64,000 bases of DNA, taken from contig CM106586.1 of NCBI GenBank assembly GCA_048013815.1, positions 17,484,001 to 17,548,000 on the forward strand, written 5' to 3'. Under the pieces are notes generated by a model, which ran no database searches, was not told the DNA's origin, and was given only the letters and a program-made list of their open reading frames with translations. Below, one piece after another: positions 50,792 through 64,000 of this stretch. Source of the DNA: Setoptus koraiensis (lineage: Eukaryota; Animalia; Arthropoda). How positions within the stretch are numbered: the stretch's first letter is position 1; each line of letters begins with the position of its first letter. The position numbers and the translations under genes are program-made.

Positions 50792-50990
50792 CCTAACAGA
50801 TTTAAGTGGATTCTAGAAAGCAATAAAAAAATAATGATAATATACTAATAATAATAATATACAAGTTTCGGCGAGTTTGCATTCGAGCGATTGACGAAGA
50901 CAATCACATGTTCTCTATTTACTCTGTTCTTCGTCCATGTGCATTCTGAGGCATTCTTTGGCGTTGAATCGGTTCAAGTTTCGCGCATAC

Positions 50991-51410
50991 CCTCCGACTT
51001 GAACTCGGCCGCGTTCTGCCAATTTGAAATTTGTAAATATTCATCCAGACCGTTATAATTTATAAATAAAATATTGACTATTCATTAGTCAGCCAACGTA
51101 TCTTGTGTCTTGGACCCAATCATATCTTCTTGTTAATTCATCTTGAGCCTTGTCAGATTTGGCTTTCGGTAGCTTCTCCGGTTTCGTCTTCTGCATGTTA
51201 CCTTCAGTGTAGTACATTGGCGCCATTTCTGTCAACCACTCCTGTTCGATTACACGTTCTCAGGTATTCTTCGGTCGTTTTTTTTTTCGAGATCCCGGGC
51301 TGTTGATCCTCATCTTCGAAGACACAGTAAATTTAAATTATGTAAATTTAATAATATGCGATTATCGAAGACGATCACATGTTCTCTATTTATTCTCCAT
51401 TTACTCTGAG
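50991..51410 (-). pseudogene. DHX16: Third, collapsed DHX16 remnant in tandem
   Basis: In order: the 3' spacer (matches ~7029-7125), the C-terminal coding fragment 51116-51265 (VIEQEWLTEMAPMYYTEGNMQKTKPEKLPKAKSDKAQDELTRRYD), short scraps matching ~7305 and ~9370, then the 5' leader (gaagacgatcacatgttctctattt). Confidence 0.85.
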
Positions 51411-52236
51411 ATGTTCTCCAAGGGCCCTTGCACCTGATTCAAAAAGATCCGGCAGGGCGACGCTAGCCAGCTTTCTATAATGGGCGTAAGCGAGCGGCAG
51501 TCGATTGTGCTTATTCGAGAATCATGGGCAGGATTGCGAACTGGCAATTGGGCGCCTTTTGCGCCAGATGAGAAAAGGATATTATTCAATGAGATAGTCT
51601 GGCTTCGGCTTTTAACATTTTGAACGATGCCAGCGTCTCTGGTGGGTCTTTCTCGAACCAGGTGTAGGGGCATGGAATCTGTTGTAGATTCGACGCGGGG
51701 AATAACATGGTGTGACTTGCCCCTGCGCTGCGCACAACTTGTGCCGCTTGTTGATTCGCAATGTTATCGCAGTTGACGAGTTGCAACCCGTACTAACCTA
51801 TGCTCGCATGAAGCCCGCCACAGAATTCGGGGGGAAGGCATCGTGCGCGCAAAAGTGCACATTGGCCGGCCAATTGTTGAACTGGCAGCAGAGGTTTGTG
51901 CACTGTTGTGCGCAGGGAAAAGAAAACAGCCCATGGCGGCTCCCCCTTGCTTTTGTGCGAGAATGTCCTTGGGGGAACAGCACACACACACACGCACACG
52001 CACACACACACACACACACACAGATTCGATTCGAATCATTCGAAAGAGCCGAGAGATAATAAACAACAATAACAACGGAAAGAACGAGGTGTTCTCACAA
52101 GTCATTCGCAGAATTGCTAGTGCACGACGAGTTCAGCACATCGCCGTCGACTCGTTTTGCGTGTAATAATGAGCAAACCAAATTTATTCAGTCAAAATGC
52201 AAATTGATCAAAGCCAACAATCAGAGCCAGTTCATC

Positions 52237-52549
52237 ATGAAGCAACAAAGTGAAATGGACATGCAAAGTGGCCAACAGCAACTGAAGCAATCACAGCAAA
52301 ATCAGCAGCAAGCAGACATGAAGATATCGCAAAAGGCAAAAGATTTCACAACATTAGAACAAGTATCCAATGTGGCCCTAGTTGGCCTCATCAACCAATT
52401 GTCGTCGTTATCTTGTCAAAGTGAGCAACTCTTCAATGAATTACACCAACAGTGCGAACAATTCAACGAGAGGGCCACGCTGCTAACAAAACGTGTAACA
52501 AGCTTAAGAAACACCGTAGACAAGTTGGATTGTAAAAAAGTTGAGCCAA
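52237..52549 (+). CDS. NHS: NHS/GUK-holder-like protein exon 1 (WAVE/SCAR homology domain N-part)
   Basis: TLEQVSNVALVGLINQLSSLSCQSEQLFNEL...RVTSLRNTVDKLDCKKVEP matches the WHD of WAVE/NHS/GUKH. The first ATG is at 52237 (52114 is TTG). Donor A|GTAAGT at 52550, phase 1. Confidence 0.8.
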
Positions 52550-54951
52550 GTAAGTACGCATTCTTTTTTGTTTGTTATCTCGCGTTCTCTTTCTCTCGCT
52601 CCGCTTATTTGCATGTTTTGCACACGCACTACATTTACCTGTTGTGGGGAGCCCCGCGCGCCAAATTTAAAATTTTTCAGTCTTGAAAAAAATATATGTC
52701 AGTTCACGATATGAAAATTGATACCAAATTCCGGTTGAAGAATAGCTGATAATAGGTCACACAAACAGTCTGCTCAGTTAATCTAACTGCCTATACCAAC
52801 ATGTGCCCTCGTCGTCAACCCATGGTGCCCTTTTCGTAATATTTATATGCGCTCATTCAGCGACAATAGTAGTCCAGCCGTAATGTTTTGTGGTCTCATG
52901 TTCCTTCTCATAACCTCGTTCTAATGATGCCTGCCAGTGAATGACAATATCAGATAGCCGAAAGTCGACACCACTCTACTCACAGCAGCGCCCTTATATC
53001 CAGTTGTTGCGGTCGAGATAGTGGCCAGACTAGCGCATAAGAGTGCATCGTGATGCATCATGTTACAATAATGATCAATCATGAACTAAACCAAGTTGTT
53101 TCTGATCATAACAAGTGGCTGTACAAGTTCATACAATCATAATAATATAGGGATATAACAACGAAATCTGCGCAATCCATCAGTCCATCTTGATTTATGG
53201 TCGTCGCTATTGCAGTTGCAATTTTGATGATGGGATAGCTCGTCATCATTTGATTGAGTATCATTTTCAACAGTGATTAGCGATGAATGTGTCATCTTGC
53301 TTGGCCGCCGATTTGAAAATTATTGAGTTCATCTAGTTTTTTCTTCACTAGTGTAAACCGCTGCTACGCCATTCATAATATATAAACGAGATGCTCCATA
53401 TGCTTCATCACAGGATAGATTCTGAACGATAAGAAGAGAGGCAATTAATTCGTATGTGATAGCGAATTAACTCTCAATGTTCAGTTGCTCAATGTATCAC
53501 ATGCTCCAACTAAAAAATTTTTTACTTGGATTGTATCAAATTCTTTACACACACTTTCTTGCAGCCCATAAGTTATAGGCACAAATCCGTGTGTATTCAA
53601 TTTTGTGTGATTATCTTCATCTTCTTGTTTAAGCGCTCGCAACTTGACTTGATTTATTCGGACTTCACACAGACCCTACAGATTCGCCTTCGTCCGTTCT
53701 AGCATTGCGTGGGAGTCATTATTCTTTATTCCAATGGTTTTCCATAGATCTGATTTTCGATGAGCGGTTGCAACACAGCTGCAACATGGCTGTTGTGAAA
53801 ATTTGACAAGACGAAATTAGCGTCTAACAAGCGTCTCGCTAGCGACTGACAACGTTTGTGGCAAGATAAATGGACCATTCTCTTCTATAGTTCACATATA
53901 ATAACTTTTATATAATTATCATATCATCAAACACACACATATACATATGTATATATTTTGCTAGAATACAACTTGAACGAGATCATAATTCTCTCCCTGC
54001 GTGAACTTGACAGCTTCCTCATTTGAATAATAAAAGTCATGATGCGCCATGGGGAAAAAGTCCAAAAGTCCACGTCATGATAGTAGCTGTCGAGAATTCA
54101 ACGTCATCGTCAGCAACTGCAACTGGCCTAGTCAATTTGTTGAGCCCAATCAGCGCCTTTTTGCCTCCTCAAAGACGGAGAGAGCATGAGCGACGAATTA
54201 AAATTTGCTCACCTGTTGTTTTTCTCAACTGTTGTGTTATTGCGAATTACAGTCATCATGGGCCAATTAACATTTTGGGCGCACACATGTCCACGACCAG
54301 CGGATCATATTACCACTAGTAGCGGAACAGCCGATTGTTCAAATTTTCAACTTTTCATACTTTTTTGTACTGTTATTATTTGTTAGTTGTGCCCAATTTC
54401 ATGTGGTTGCCATAGTTGCAAGATTCACGCGCCAGGCGCAATGGGTGCCGCAAATTCACCTGTCAAACGGAATAGATCGAAGCGGTCAACTTGCAATGGT
54501 CATGTTCTTTTGTAAGTGTGTGAAAGTAGAACAAAGTTTGTTAGCTGGCTTGCATTTATCGACTGAGAAAATTGCTGTTGCGTCCCATGGTCAGCATGTT
54601 GTTATTGTTGGTCATAGCTTTTTCGTTGTTATTAGGATTACTACAAGTGCAGCTCCTTGCTGTCATGCCTCAGCCGCCGCCGCCGCCATCACTGCTACAG
54701 GCTGATCATGAATATCTCAGGTGAACTGAGGTGAATTGATCGGCGCGATGAAGATTGATTCTTTTTGCCTGTTGTGAATATCTACATGTGCTAACTGCCG
54801 ATTCGGCCGCTGGTATTCACGTATGTATTCATGTGCACGATGGAGAGGAAGAATTTTGAGCCATTCCAAACCTATCGAAGATTCTTTGTCTTCCATCATG
54901 GTCGGCCACAGAAAGAACGCGAGCTCTTTTTACCTGTTGTGTTCCACACAA

Positions 54952-54952
<1 letters not shown>

Positions 54953-55001
<49 letters not shown>
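54953..55001. repeat. (CA)n microsatellite
   Basis: Direct reading. Confidence 0.95.
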
Positions 55002-55003
<2 letters not shown>

Positions 55004-56577
55004 ATCGTACGGCCAGTGTGTGATACAGGGTGGCGAATTGGCACCATCACTTGTTATTGTGGAGAAGATTAGTGGTGGCGGAGAAGAGCGAACAGGCGAT
55101 TCGTAAACAAGATAGCGGCCTTCGAAAGATAAATAAGATGCATTCCATTCTACTATAATGGGCAAGATTGGCGCCGTTGCCATAATGAGCGTCGGCGCAG
55201 AGAGAACGGCTGCAGTGGTTGGTTTCTTGGAGTCTGTTCTGTCGAAATTGGTTCTGTTCAATTTGATTCGAAGCGAACTATGTCCGTCATTGTTTGACGT
55301 TGGCAAACAAGCTCGGCCAGAGGCGTATGGTGGCAACTTGGACGAAAACAAACGACCAGATATCAGTTAGCGCTGTGTCAAATGGGCCTGTGGTAGCGCC
55401 ATGTTGTGTGAATTTGTTGTGTTCCAGTGGCAATAATGCAACGATGACAACAACACAGCAGCCGCCGCGACAAACACCAAATGTAACTGCTTAAATACTG
55501 TTAGATCGATCGCGTACAACCCGAACGTGAAATTTCGAACCTTCCACTGGCGAACGGCGCGAACTTGCAACTGCGAATTGGCCAAATTCGTTTGCGTTGA
55601 TCCGTGTTATAGTCTGTCGGCCATCTGCATCGTACCCGATGTAGCGCGTTTCGACCACCGCCCCAGTAACGACGAGCCACACTCTTTAGCATATTCATAG
55701 CAGCCAATTGATTTCAATTTTCTCTCCATCTCTATATATCTCTGTCCTATTGTGCATATGTGTTTGTGTAATCACCATCTCCGAGCCACCTCATTCCGCG
55801 TGATTGTTTGGCTTTCAGCTGGCAATAGAGTCTCTGCCGAAGCTCAATTTGCAATTGTTGTCAGACGCGAACATGCATAGATGCCTAATTAGCGTCCGAA
55901 TAGTTGGAATTGTTCGAAGCGTTTTTTCGTCTCTCTCTCTCTCTCGAAATCTCCATCCTATGTCTCAGTGAGACAACAACAAGAGAGCTCATCATTTGTT
56001 ATTGGCCAAGCCGAGCATAACTTAGCATAGTAAATTGCGCAATTGTTGAGAAGCGAGGCCAGCGAGAGCAACGAAAGGAAGAGACAGGAGAAAAGAGAGC
56101 ATGCCTATTGGTGGCAGTGCTCAAGTTCAGATCGTTTGAGGATGAGAACTGTTCGCGAGAACTATTTCAATTTGCGCAATCTTCCATTGGCCGGTCGAAT
56201 CGAAATTAAAGTTAAACGAACTTGCAACGAGAGCCGCCGTTGCGTCCAGTCGGCCAACATACTCTACATGTTGAAACAGTTGGCCGTATCAGGAACAGTT
56301 TCAGAGAGTGAGTGGGGCACACGCACATTAATCATTGGGCGCCGCCTCTCTCTCGCTCTCCGGAGAGCGAGAGATCACTAGAGAACGCTTGTCTCTAGAA
56401 TCCCGACCAGGGCATAATACGAATTCTCTTCTATTCTCTGGGCCGAACTAGTGCGCTTTGTCGACATTGTGAGAGCGCTCCATTCATTCATGATAACAGC
56501 CCGGCAGCGCAATAACACACAATTCTCGCCACCAATAACTGGCCGCCCGTCCGCCGTTTCGCCGGACTTTTCCACTG

Positions 56578-56666
56578 AGTTTTACGGAGTTCTACGGAGT
56601 TCTCTACCGAATTCTCTACCGAGTTCTCTGCACAGTTCTCTGCACAGTTCTCTGCACAGTTCTCTG
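56578..56666. repeat. Evolving 10-12-bp tandem repeat (gagttctctacc -> cagttctctgca) in the NHS-like intron
   Basis: About 7 units with a gradient of unit variants. Confidence 0.85.
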
Positions 56667-59600
56667 GCCTTCCACAGAGCCCGTCCCCGGTGCTCTCTAG
56701 AGCGAGAAGGGCCGCAGCCGTGATCGCGGCAGTGAGAGAGAGGGAGAGAGTTGCCTGTTTGAACTTGACTTCCTTTTCTCTGTTTGCTGTTCGTCGTTGG
56801 CCGCCCGAAACTCAACAGCTGACAGTGGTCAATCTGCACGCTCGATATCTATTGTGTTACCACTGTTATTATGAGCGCTGAAGCCCATGAGCAAACGGAA
56901 GCATCGAACGCTTCGGTTCGGTTCCATTCGGTTCGGCTCCATTCGGTTCGGCTCAAATTGGCCAGTTTTTTATTTATCCATAGTACACGACGCGGTTGCG
57001 CGGCGCAACAATGAATTTTGCGCGCTCACGCTGCTGGCAGGCGGCAAAACTGATGAAGCATTATGTAATTGCTGTTGCCGCTGCTGTTGACGTTGTCGTT
57101 GTTGTTGTTGTTGCTGTTGACAACCATGCTAACCGACACTAATGTGCAGGCATGTTGCGCAACTGCAACATGAGCCTCGAAATGGTCGGGCGTGCCCCTG
57201 CCTGTATCAAACTCGCTCTCACAATTATTGCCGCTCGATCTCTCTTGCTCTCTTGTTTACTTGCTGCGAGCTGGCTCTATTTTCCGCTTCGAAACTGATG
57301 CTCACAGCCTCGGGTCTGGTGGAGTCAACAGATGCGACAAATGGCCAATTCTACGGCCAGTTTCTTTATGATGATACCAGTGCGATGCAACAAATACAGC
57401 TGACTTGCAATTTGCAAGGAACAAAGAGCAATCATCTGCGCAACAGCTGCTCTCTCGTCTCGATGATGATTAGGCTAGATTGGCAGCCAGCTCAATCCGT
57501 TGTTGTTGTTGCTCATCATTCTGTATGGGTGTTGATTCGATTTTGTTGATTGTTGGCGGCAGGTGAGCACTTCCGACGACAAAAACAGCCAGCCAGCCAG
57601 CCAGCCAATTGTGGCGGACGCAAATGGAGATATTTCTGTAGAGAGATGGTGAGTGGTGAGCAGCAACAATTCAATTTACCAATCACACTGTTCGCATGCC
57701 GGCCAGTGAAAACAAATGCGATTGGCCGCCATGATAACGCTAATGACGATGGAAGGGACGATGATAACTAATAGTGATTAATTAACCTTTGTTTCTTTTG
57801 TTGTAGTCGCTGCTTTGAAGAGCTAATAACGAGCGACTAATGACGCGCTTACAAAATCAAAGGTTCCGACCCTTGCGAAGCGTTTTGGGCAGTGTTTTGT
57901 TTCATCATTTCTCTTGCTTCTCGTTCGCCGTGAAGCCGAGGCATCATGGCCGACTCATCTATCGATCAAGTTATGTAATGGATGGCCGTGAGCCCGGTCG
58001 TCGCATATATATGTATATGTGTGTGTGTGTATATATACATGGGCATGTGTGTATGTACAAGATAATTAGCGCCGTGTTCATAAGCAACTAACTACGATGA
58101 TGACGCAATGGGTAGATGCCGTCAAGTTTAATTGGTGCTGCTATGTAGCACTTGGGCTCGGGTTCTTCGCTCACTGCTAGCTTGTCTTTATTGATTACCA
58201 CCACCAACTCACGTGTGTGTGATTACTTACAGGTGGGGGCATCAAGAGAGCGCCACTAAATCATTGCTAATCTTGATTGTTGCTACATTGAATGGCCGTA
58301 CAAATGTTGCAAACAAGTGCAACACTTGCCCGAGTAGCCAACTTATCAGCAGACTCTCGAGCCGTTGCCCATCAACATCATCATCATCATCAGCATCATC
58401 ATCATCGGCATCAGCATCATCGTCGTGGTGCAAACGATCAGCTGCTACAGTGCGCAGGCAATAATAATAAATAATAAATATCAAATATTGTTGTTGTCGA
58501 CACACTACACTTTTGCTTGCCAGAGTGCTTTCGAATGCTCGAATTGCACTTGTTGTTGGCGGTTGTTGTTGGCGCTGTTGCGCGATAATTGTTCCCGGTC
58601 ACTCATGGATATTTACATGGATATGCTGTGTGCATGGCTGTGGCACACACACATAAACGCATTCGGGGATTAGGTGTGCAAACGACCACACACATGGCGA
58701 TTTGAAATTGTTTAAATAATTCAAAGATTATTGAGAGATTTTGCCCAAAAAAGAATGTGTTAATAGCACAGGTTGCAACACATCGAAGGAGTGTTAGCAT
58801 TGAGGAGCAAGAGCTGAATTCGCTCTCTCTCTCTCTCCATAGCCGAGACACTTATTAGTGCTCTCGTTGTTTGGGGCGGGCAACCGGAGAAGATAATGAA
58901 TAATTTCGATGAATAATCACGTTCTTCATTCTGAGCTGCTCCTTACGTTATACGCTTACGTTTGCTGGCCTGCGTCGCATTACCTTTTGGCCACTTTTGA
59001 TCCGTCACTGTGTGCCTAACCAGCCCTAACATTAGTCGGCCTTTGACATTAAGTTTAAGTAAGTGTGCTCAACCGGTCGGTCGGCCGGCCGGCCGGCCAG
59101 CCAGCTAGACAGCAATAATGCGAATGGTAATAGCGATAGCAATGCCAGTCGCAGTCGCAATCGCAATAGTCTGTCTGACAACAGGTAGTAGTATTTTTGC
59201 AGAGCGCATGAACATGACAAGCGGCGCCATTTCATTGTGAGCACAGGTAGAAATTATTGTTGTTGCTACTATCAGCTTCATTATGTAACTAGATCAATCA
59301 AACATTGCGCAACAAGCGACCAGCGGCAGTGGCGATAGGCAACAATGGCAACAACAATTTGTTGCCGACTTGAACCGGCTAACATTTTAACAATTTCGTT
59401 TCATGTTTGTTGTTGCTGGCGCTGCTGTTGTTGTCGTTGTCGCTGAAAGGTTTTTCACGAACATTTTGCCGTGTTTCTTCCTTTCGAAAACAACAACAAC
59501 AGCAGCAGCAATAACAACGGCGCTGTGCAGCCACGAATCATGTCGAGGTTACTTTTTGCAAAGGCAACTAATTTTATATAAAGTTTCTTTTTGTTCGCCG

Positions 59601-60317
59601 GCGACGCTGCCACTCGAACTGGGCAATACGAATTGAGCTCGTCGGACAGCTCTGGCTCGGCTAGAGCAAAAGAAAGGCGACCACAAAGAGCTATTTCTGT
59701 TATTTCACGACTAATACACGACTAATACACATTTGACAGAGAAGAAGATAATCGATAGATGGTGAGAGAGACACACACAGTCGCAGACAGAGATAGAGAA
59801 ATTGCCAGAAACAACAACGCCAACAAGTTCAGCGCTGACCTTGATTGAACCCCATCGAGTTGTTGTGGTCAGCAGCATGAGCAGCGAGCAAACAATAATG
59901 GTGCATGGCTACCACATAGCAGCTACAAGTGGCAGCTCAAGATAAACAGTAATGATAATAATCAATTCTTTTGCAATCGCTGTTGCTTGACTGCTATCGA
60001 CTCTATCACAATAGTATTGAGTCCATATGGACTGTCCAGCTTGGATTCAATTGTTTTGTTCGTTAGCCTCGAGCCATCGTGTTGTACAGGCTGGCTACGT
60101 CTAAATTAGCAACAAACAAAGCCATGCTGATTGGTTGCTATTTCATAATTGATTATATAATGATGATATGTGTAATTGGCGCATGTTAGTGGCCTAATCT
60201 AGTCGTAATGATCAGTTAATTATGATAATAACTCACACTGATTCAATTATAATTCTAATGCGTCTCTTGCATTCTTGTTTACTATTGTTATCATTACCAT
60301 TATTACCATTACAACAG

Positions 60318-61396
60318 AGCCCTCTCTGGGTGAATTGATGGGCGACTTGTTTCTATTGACCACATCTTCATCAAATGATTTATTGAAATGGACCACCTCA
60401 ATTGACCACAATGATACTACTATAACCACAAACAACAGACTAGACAACAGCAACGAAGAGGAAGAGGATCACGAGGAATTGGTTAGACGAATAGTGACCA
60501 ATGCTAAGATAGACGATGCCATAACTGAGAAACGACGATTGTGCCGTCAGGCAGCCTTAGACACATGGCTGCAAGATTTCAAGTCGTCGCAAGCCTATCA
60601 TCCATTTGATAGCGTTGGCGATGATGTGATTAGTAATGGTGATGATGCAAACAGATTGCTGCATAATATAACAATAATTGATTATGATTGCAATACCATT
60701 TATGATAAATTAAAACATCATCATCCCACATTGAATTTGTTTAATTTTAAGAATAGACCTAAAACAGTGAAAGAATTGTATGGTCAAGCAGAACGTGACA
60801 CACAAGCTCACATAAACAAGCTCATTAGGCAGCATATAGCACTGATACGCTCATCATCAAACTCAAAATGCACAACGTCATCCTCTATTCGATCTAGCTC
60901 GCCATCGTCTGTATCCACCATAGTGAGATCGGCCTCGAATTCAACCACTGGCGGCTACAACAGACTATCAAGCGCAGATTATTACAGCTCAAGTCAATTG
61001 CCTGCCCGTTCCAAGTCAGCCAGATTTTTGCGACCTCGCTTCACCTTGCCCATCACATCTCGCCAACCAGAGGTAGTAGTTGTTGATAGTGCCGCAATTA
61101 CCGACAACAAGTTGTGCAATGGCCACAACCAAATGCCACACCAAACACACCATGACCCATCTAGCAGCAACCAAATCAACAGCAACACCATCACCAAGCA
61201 ACCAATGGTTAAATCAAATTCCTATTGTTTGACCAATAAATTAAATTACTGTTTGAACAACAACAACAACAACAACAACAACCTATCTCATAATACAGAG
61301 GAGACAGACGGCGGCGGTAACAGTGGTAGCAACGGCGCCAAGCCCGCAGCAGAAGCCGTCAAACAATGTGATATCAATGATCTGAAACAAAAACAG
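60318..61396 (+). CDS. NHS: NHS/GUKH-like exon 2
   Basis: Acceptor acaacag at 60317 is phase-1 compatible (VEP-K-PSLG). It contains LFNFKNRPKTVKELYGQA, the NHS/GUKH LF..xxRPxxVxELY motif. Probable donor CAG|GTGAGT at 61397. Confidence 0.7.
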
Positions 61397-63332
61397 GTGA
61401 GTAAGCTGAAGATATTCTACTCACAACAACAACAACAACAGCAGCAACATTGCCGCCGCTTGAGCCGAGATAATGAGCGATCATCAATCATGTCCAGATC
61501 AATCATTGTTTAATCACAACTGGTATGGCACAGCCAACTGGATTTAGCTAGACTTTGGCAATACTTTGCGCCGTGCGTAGAGAGTCAAGTTGGTCTAGTG
61601 CCTGTTTAGCTGTTTATGGCCAGTTGATTGTCTCGTTAATTGGCTCACACAGACAATGATGATGATTTTATTGAAAATAAACACTAAATCAAAAGAGCGA
61701 GATAGAGAGAGAGAGAGAGAGCTAAAAGTTATTATTGCTTTCTGACAGGCATATCTTTGTGTGAGCCTCTAATGCGCTGCCTGACAGTAATAATAATAAT
61801 AAAAATAATAATAAATCTCATCGGAGTTCATTCTTCGGCCACCACCACCGTGCCAACCAACTGTGGCCGTACGCAACAGTGGCAACAACGCTCGCAGCAA
61901 GTGGACAACTCTTGGCAAGGCCATTGGCTTCTTTGTGCCAACGGCCAGCCAGTGGTTGTCAGTGTGTAATCATCTTGTCACGGTGCAACTTGTCGCCAAA
62001 CTTGCTGGTCGTATGCGAGCAACAACAGCACAACAGCCTAGTAGCTGTGATAGCATCAACAGGTGAATGATGACTGGCTAACATTGGTTAAAGTGCCAAC
62101 ACTTATTGTCGAGCTGAACCTTGAATTGATGCTAGGCTGCAATTGTTCTGCGATCTCTCCGCAGATTTGAATAGGTTCGTTAGTCATTCTGTTAGTGCCA
62201 ACCATGAGAATAATAGAAAAAGCTGCGCAACTTGCCAACGCCTCATTATCAGAATGTACATCAGATTGAAGTCATTATCGAACAATGATGAATATGATTA
62301 TGATAACTATGATGATGAGCGCGCTTAGAGAGTGATTAACCAACTGGTTGCCATGCTGGCGAGCTATAGATGGCGATTGACCCTTCATGAGCAACCTTTG
62401 AATGAATCGAGCGATCCATTCGGGCCCCACTTCATCATTGTTGCATCATCCGCATGCATGCTAGCTCGAGCACAGGTGTATGTCTCAACTTACGTTGCTA
62501 CTATTTACACCGGCGGCCAGTAATTACTGTGTGTGTGTGTGTGTTAAAATAATTAACTGCGACTATAGCGAATAATAAATAAGAGATTTTTGTTTATCAG
62601 TCGTTGAGTCGTTCGGTGTTGTTGCACGGACAGTAGTAGTTGTTAACTAGTGGCAACAGTGAATGAATAAGTGTCTCACCTGCGAGTCACGAATAGCCGG
62701 CCGGCCGGCCGCAAAGTGTTTTTGTCAGTCATTCTTCTGTTTGGCCAACATCATCATGTTTTGATCATCGGCGTTTTTCAAGAAATTACATCATCGCTGT
62801 TGTTGTGTGTGTGCTCCATTGAACGGATTTACCAGAGAAAGAGAGAGAGAGAGAGATTCGACCTAAACAGACGCTCCCGATACATTTGATTCATGGCATT
62901 TTAAAAAGTCATTAGCGAGAAAGCTCCAAGGCACAAGATGACCTGCCAAACTCATGCCGAAATCACTGGTTATTGCCCGACGATGGTGATTGCCGCCGAG
63001 CGAAGCGTAGTGGTCATATTATCTGCTGCAATTGGCTTTGCTCTCTTTCGCTCGATTCACTCTTATGATTGAGCCGCCAAACCAATAAACAGCACCACCA
63101 CCACCACCACCGAACTACTAATACAACAAGCCAATAAAATGCTATACTAATGAACTAATGGCATCCTCTTACTCACTTACCTGTATTTATCTTGTATTCC
63201 CATCAAAATCATCACGATGACCGCATCATCTTGCAAACGCGCTGCATGCGACGTCCAATGACCACCGCCTCGTATGATAACTTTCGATGATGATTTAAAA
63301 TTGTTCTAAATAACGGTGACATAAACAAGCAG

Positions 63333-64000
63333 CACAAGGTAGTGACGCATACTACCAGTGACAACGATCAGGATGATGATGCGGAAAAAATCTCTTCTAT
63401 TACATCATGTGTGGACAATCATCATCATGATCACGATGAGCACGACCACCAGCGTCGTTTAGATCTCAATAATAAAAGCACCGCCATGGAAACTGACCTA
63501 GATGAACAACACGACACAATAATTGAGAGTGGGCAACATTATTTTTCCTCCTTAGCGTCAAATCTAGATGACTCAATGCGTGCCAATAACCCCTCAGAAT
63601 GTTCCAGATCTGTGACAATCAACACAATGGACGATTGCTCTGCCACTACCAAATCCACCGTCACTAATTACCGCTCCGATTCCTCAATAGGGGCACCATA
63701 CTCATCGACAGCCACAGGTATCAGTGGCACAAGTAGTCTGAGGCCGACGACAACAAGTTGCGAAAATAACGCCGCCAGTGGAACATTTGCTGCCACTTCT
63801 GATAAAAATCAAAAAATTAAACTGGAACAACAAGTGTCGAACGAGACAAACACTAAACAGGCCACAACAGGCTTCAAGTCGTTGACGTTGCTGAGAAATA
63901 TTGTCAAGCGAGCAAGTTTCAGGCGCTCCTCAACTAGTTCATCGAGCCAGCAGCGACAACAGCAACAATCTAATTTGTCCACCAACGACGAGTCATCTTC
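63333..64000 (+). CDS. Probable further NHS/GUKH-like exon, open to the right edge (Ser/Thr-rich, LLRNIVKRASFRRS)
   Basis: A stop-free frame runs from after TGA 63291-63293 to the window end. The candidate phase-0 acceptor is aagcag at 63332. It is absent from the ORF track because it lacks a stop. Confidence 0.55.

Noticed and set aside
61069-61090. let-7-like sequence AGAGGTAGTAGTTGTTGATAGT
   Set aside because: It lies in a coding exon (PEVVVVDS), has mismatches and lacks a complementary arm.

Overview
Eukaryotic (animal) genomic DNA. It is most likely a compact-genome chelicerate such as an acariform mite; this is inferred from the H2[11 protein letters not shown] signature, intronless housekeeping genes and small introns. 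Left to right: the 3' end of a coiled-coil ORF; a three-exon IFT46-like gene reduced to its C-terminal part; an orphan H2B; divergent intronless AAMP (WD40) and MRM2/FTSJ2; a divergent H2B-H2A pair with histone stem-loops; intronless DHX16/Prp2; a DLC/cv-c-type RhoGAP (2 exons); a ladybird (Lbx) homeobox gene whose first intron is 21.2 kb and full of short tandem duplications; a second H2B-H2A pair followed by a frameshifted DHX16 pseudogene and a third ~0.4 kb collapsed DHX16 remnant; and an NHS/GUK-holder-like gene with a WAVE-homology domain that runs off the right edge. The most notable structure is the histone micro-system. A ~4.6 kb H2B-H2A-DHX16 cassette is duplicated 41.7 kb away, with the histones kept nearly identical and DHX16 destroyed. 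An inverted third H2B lacks the stem-loop, and an inversion between it and its partner would swap their 3'-processing signals. A 45-bp piece of the histone intergenic region also sits in Lbx intron 2. No tRNA, rRNA, CRISPR array or transposase could be supported. Splice junctions were inferred by eye from GT/AG sites, reading phase and remembered family motifs, not from transcript data.
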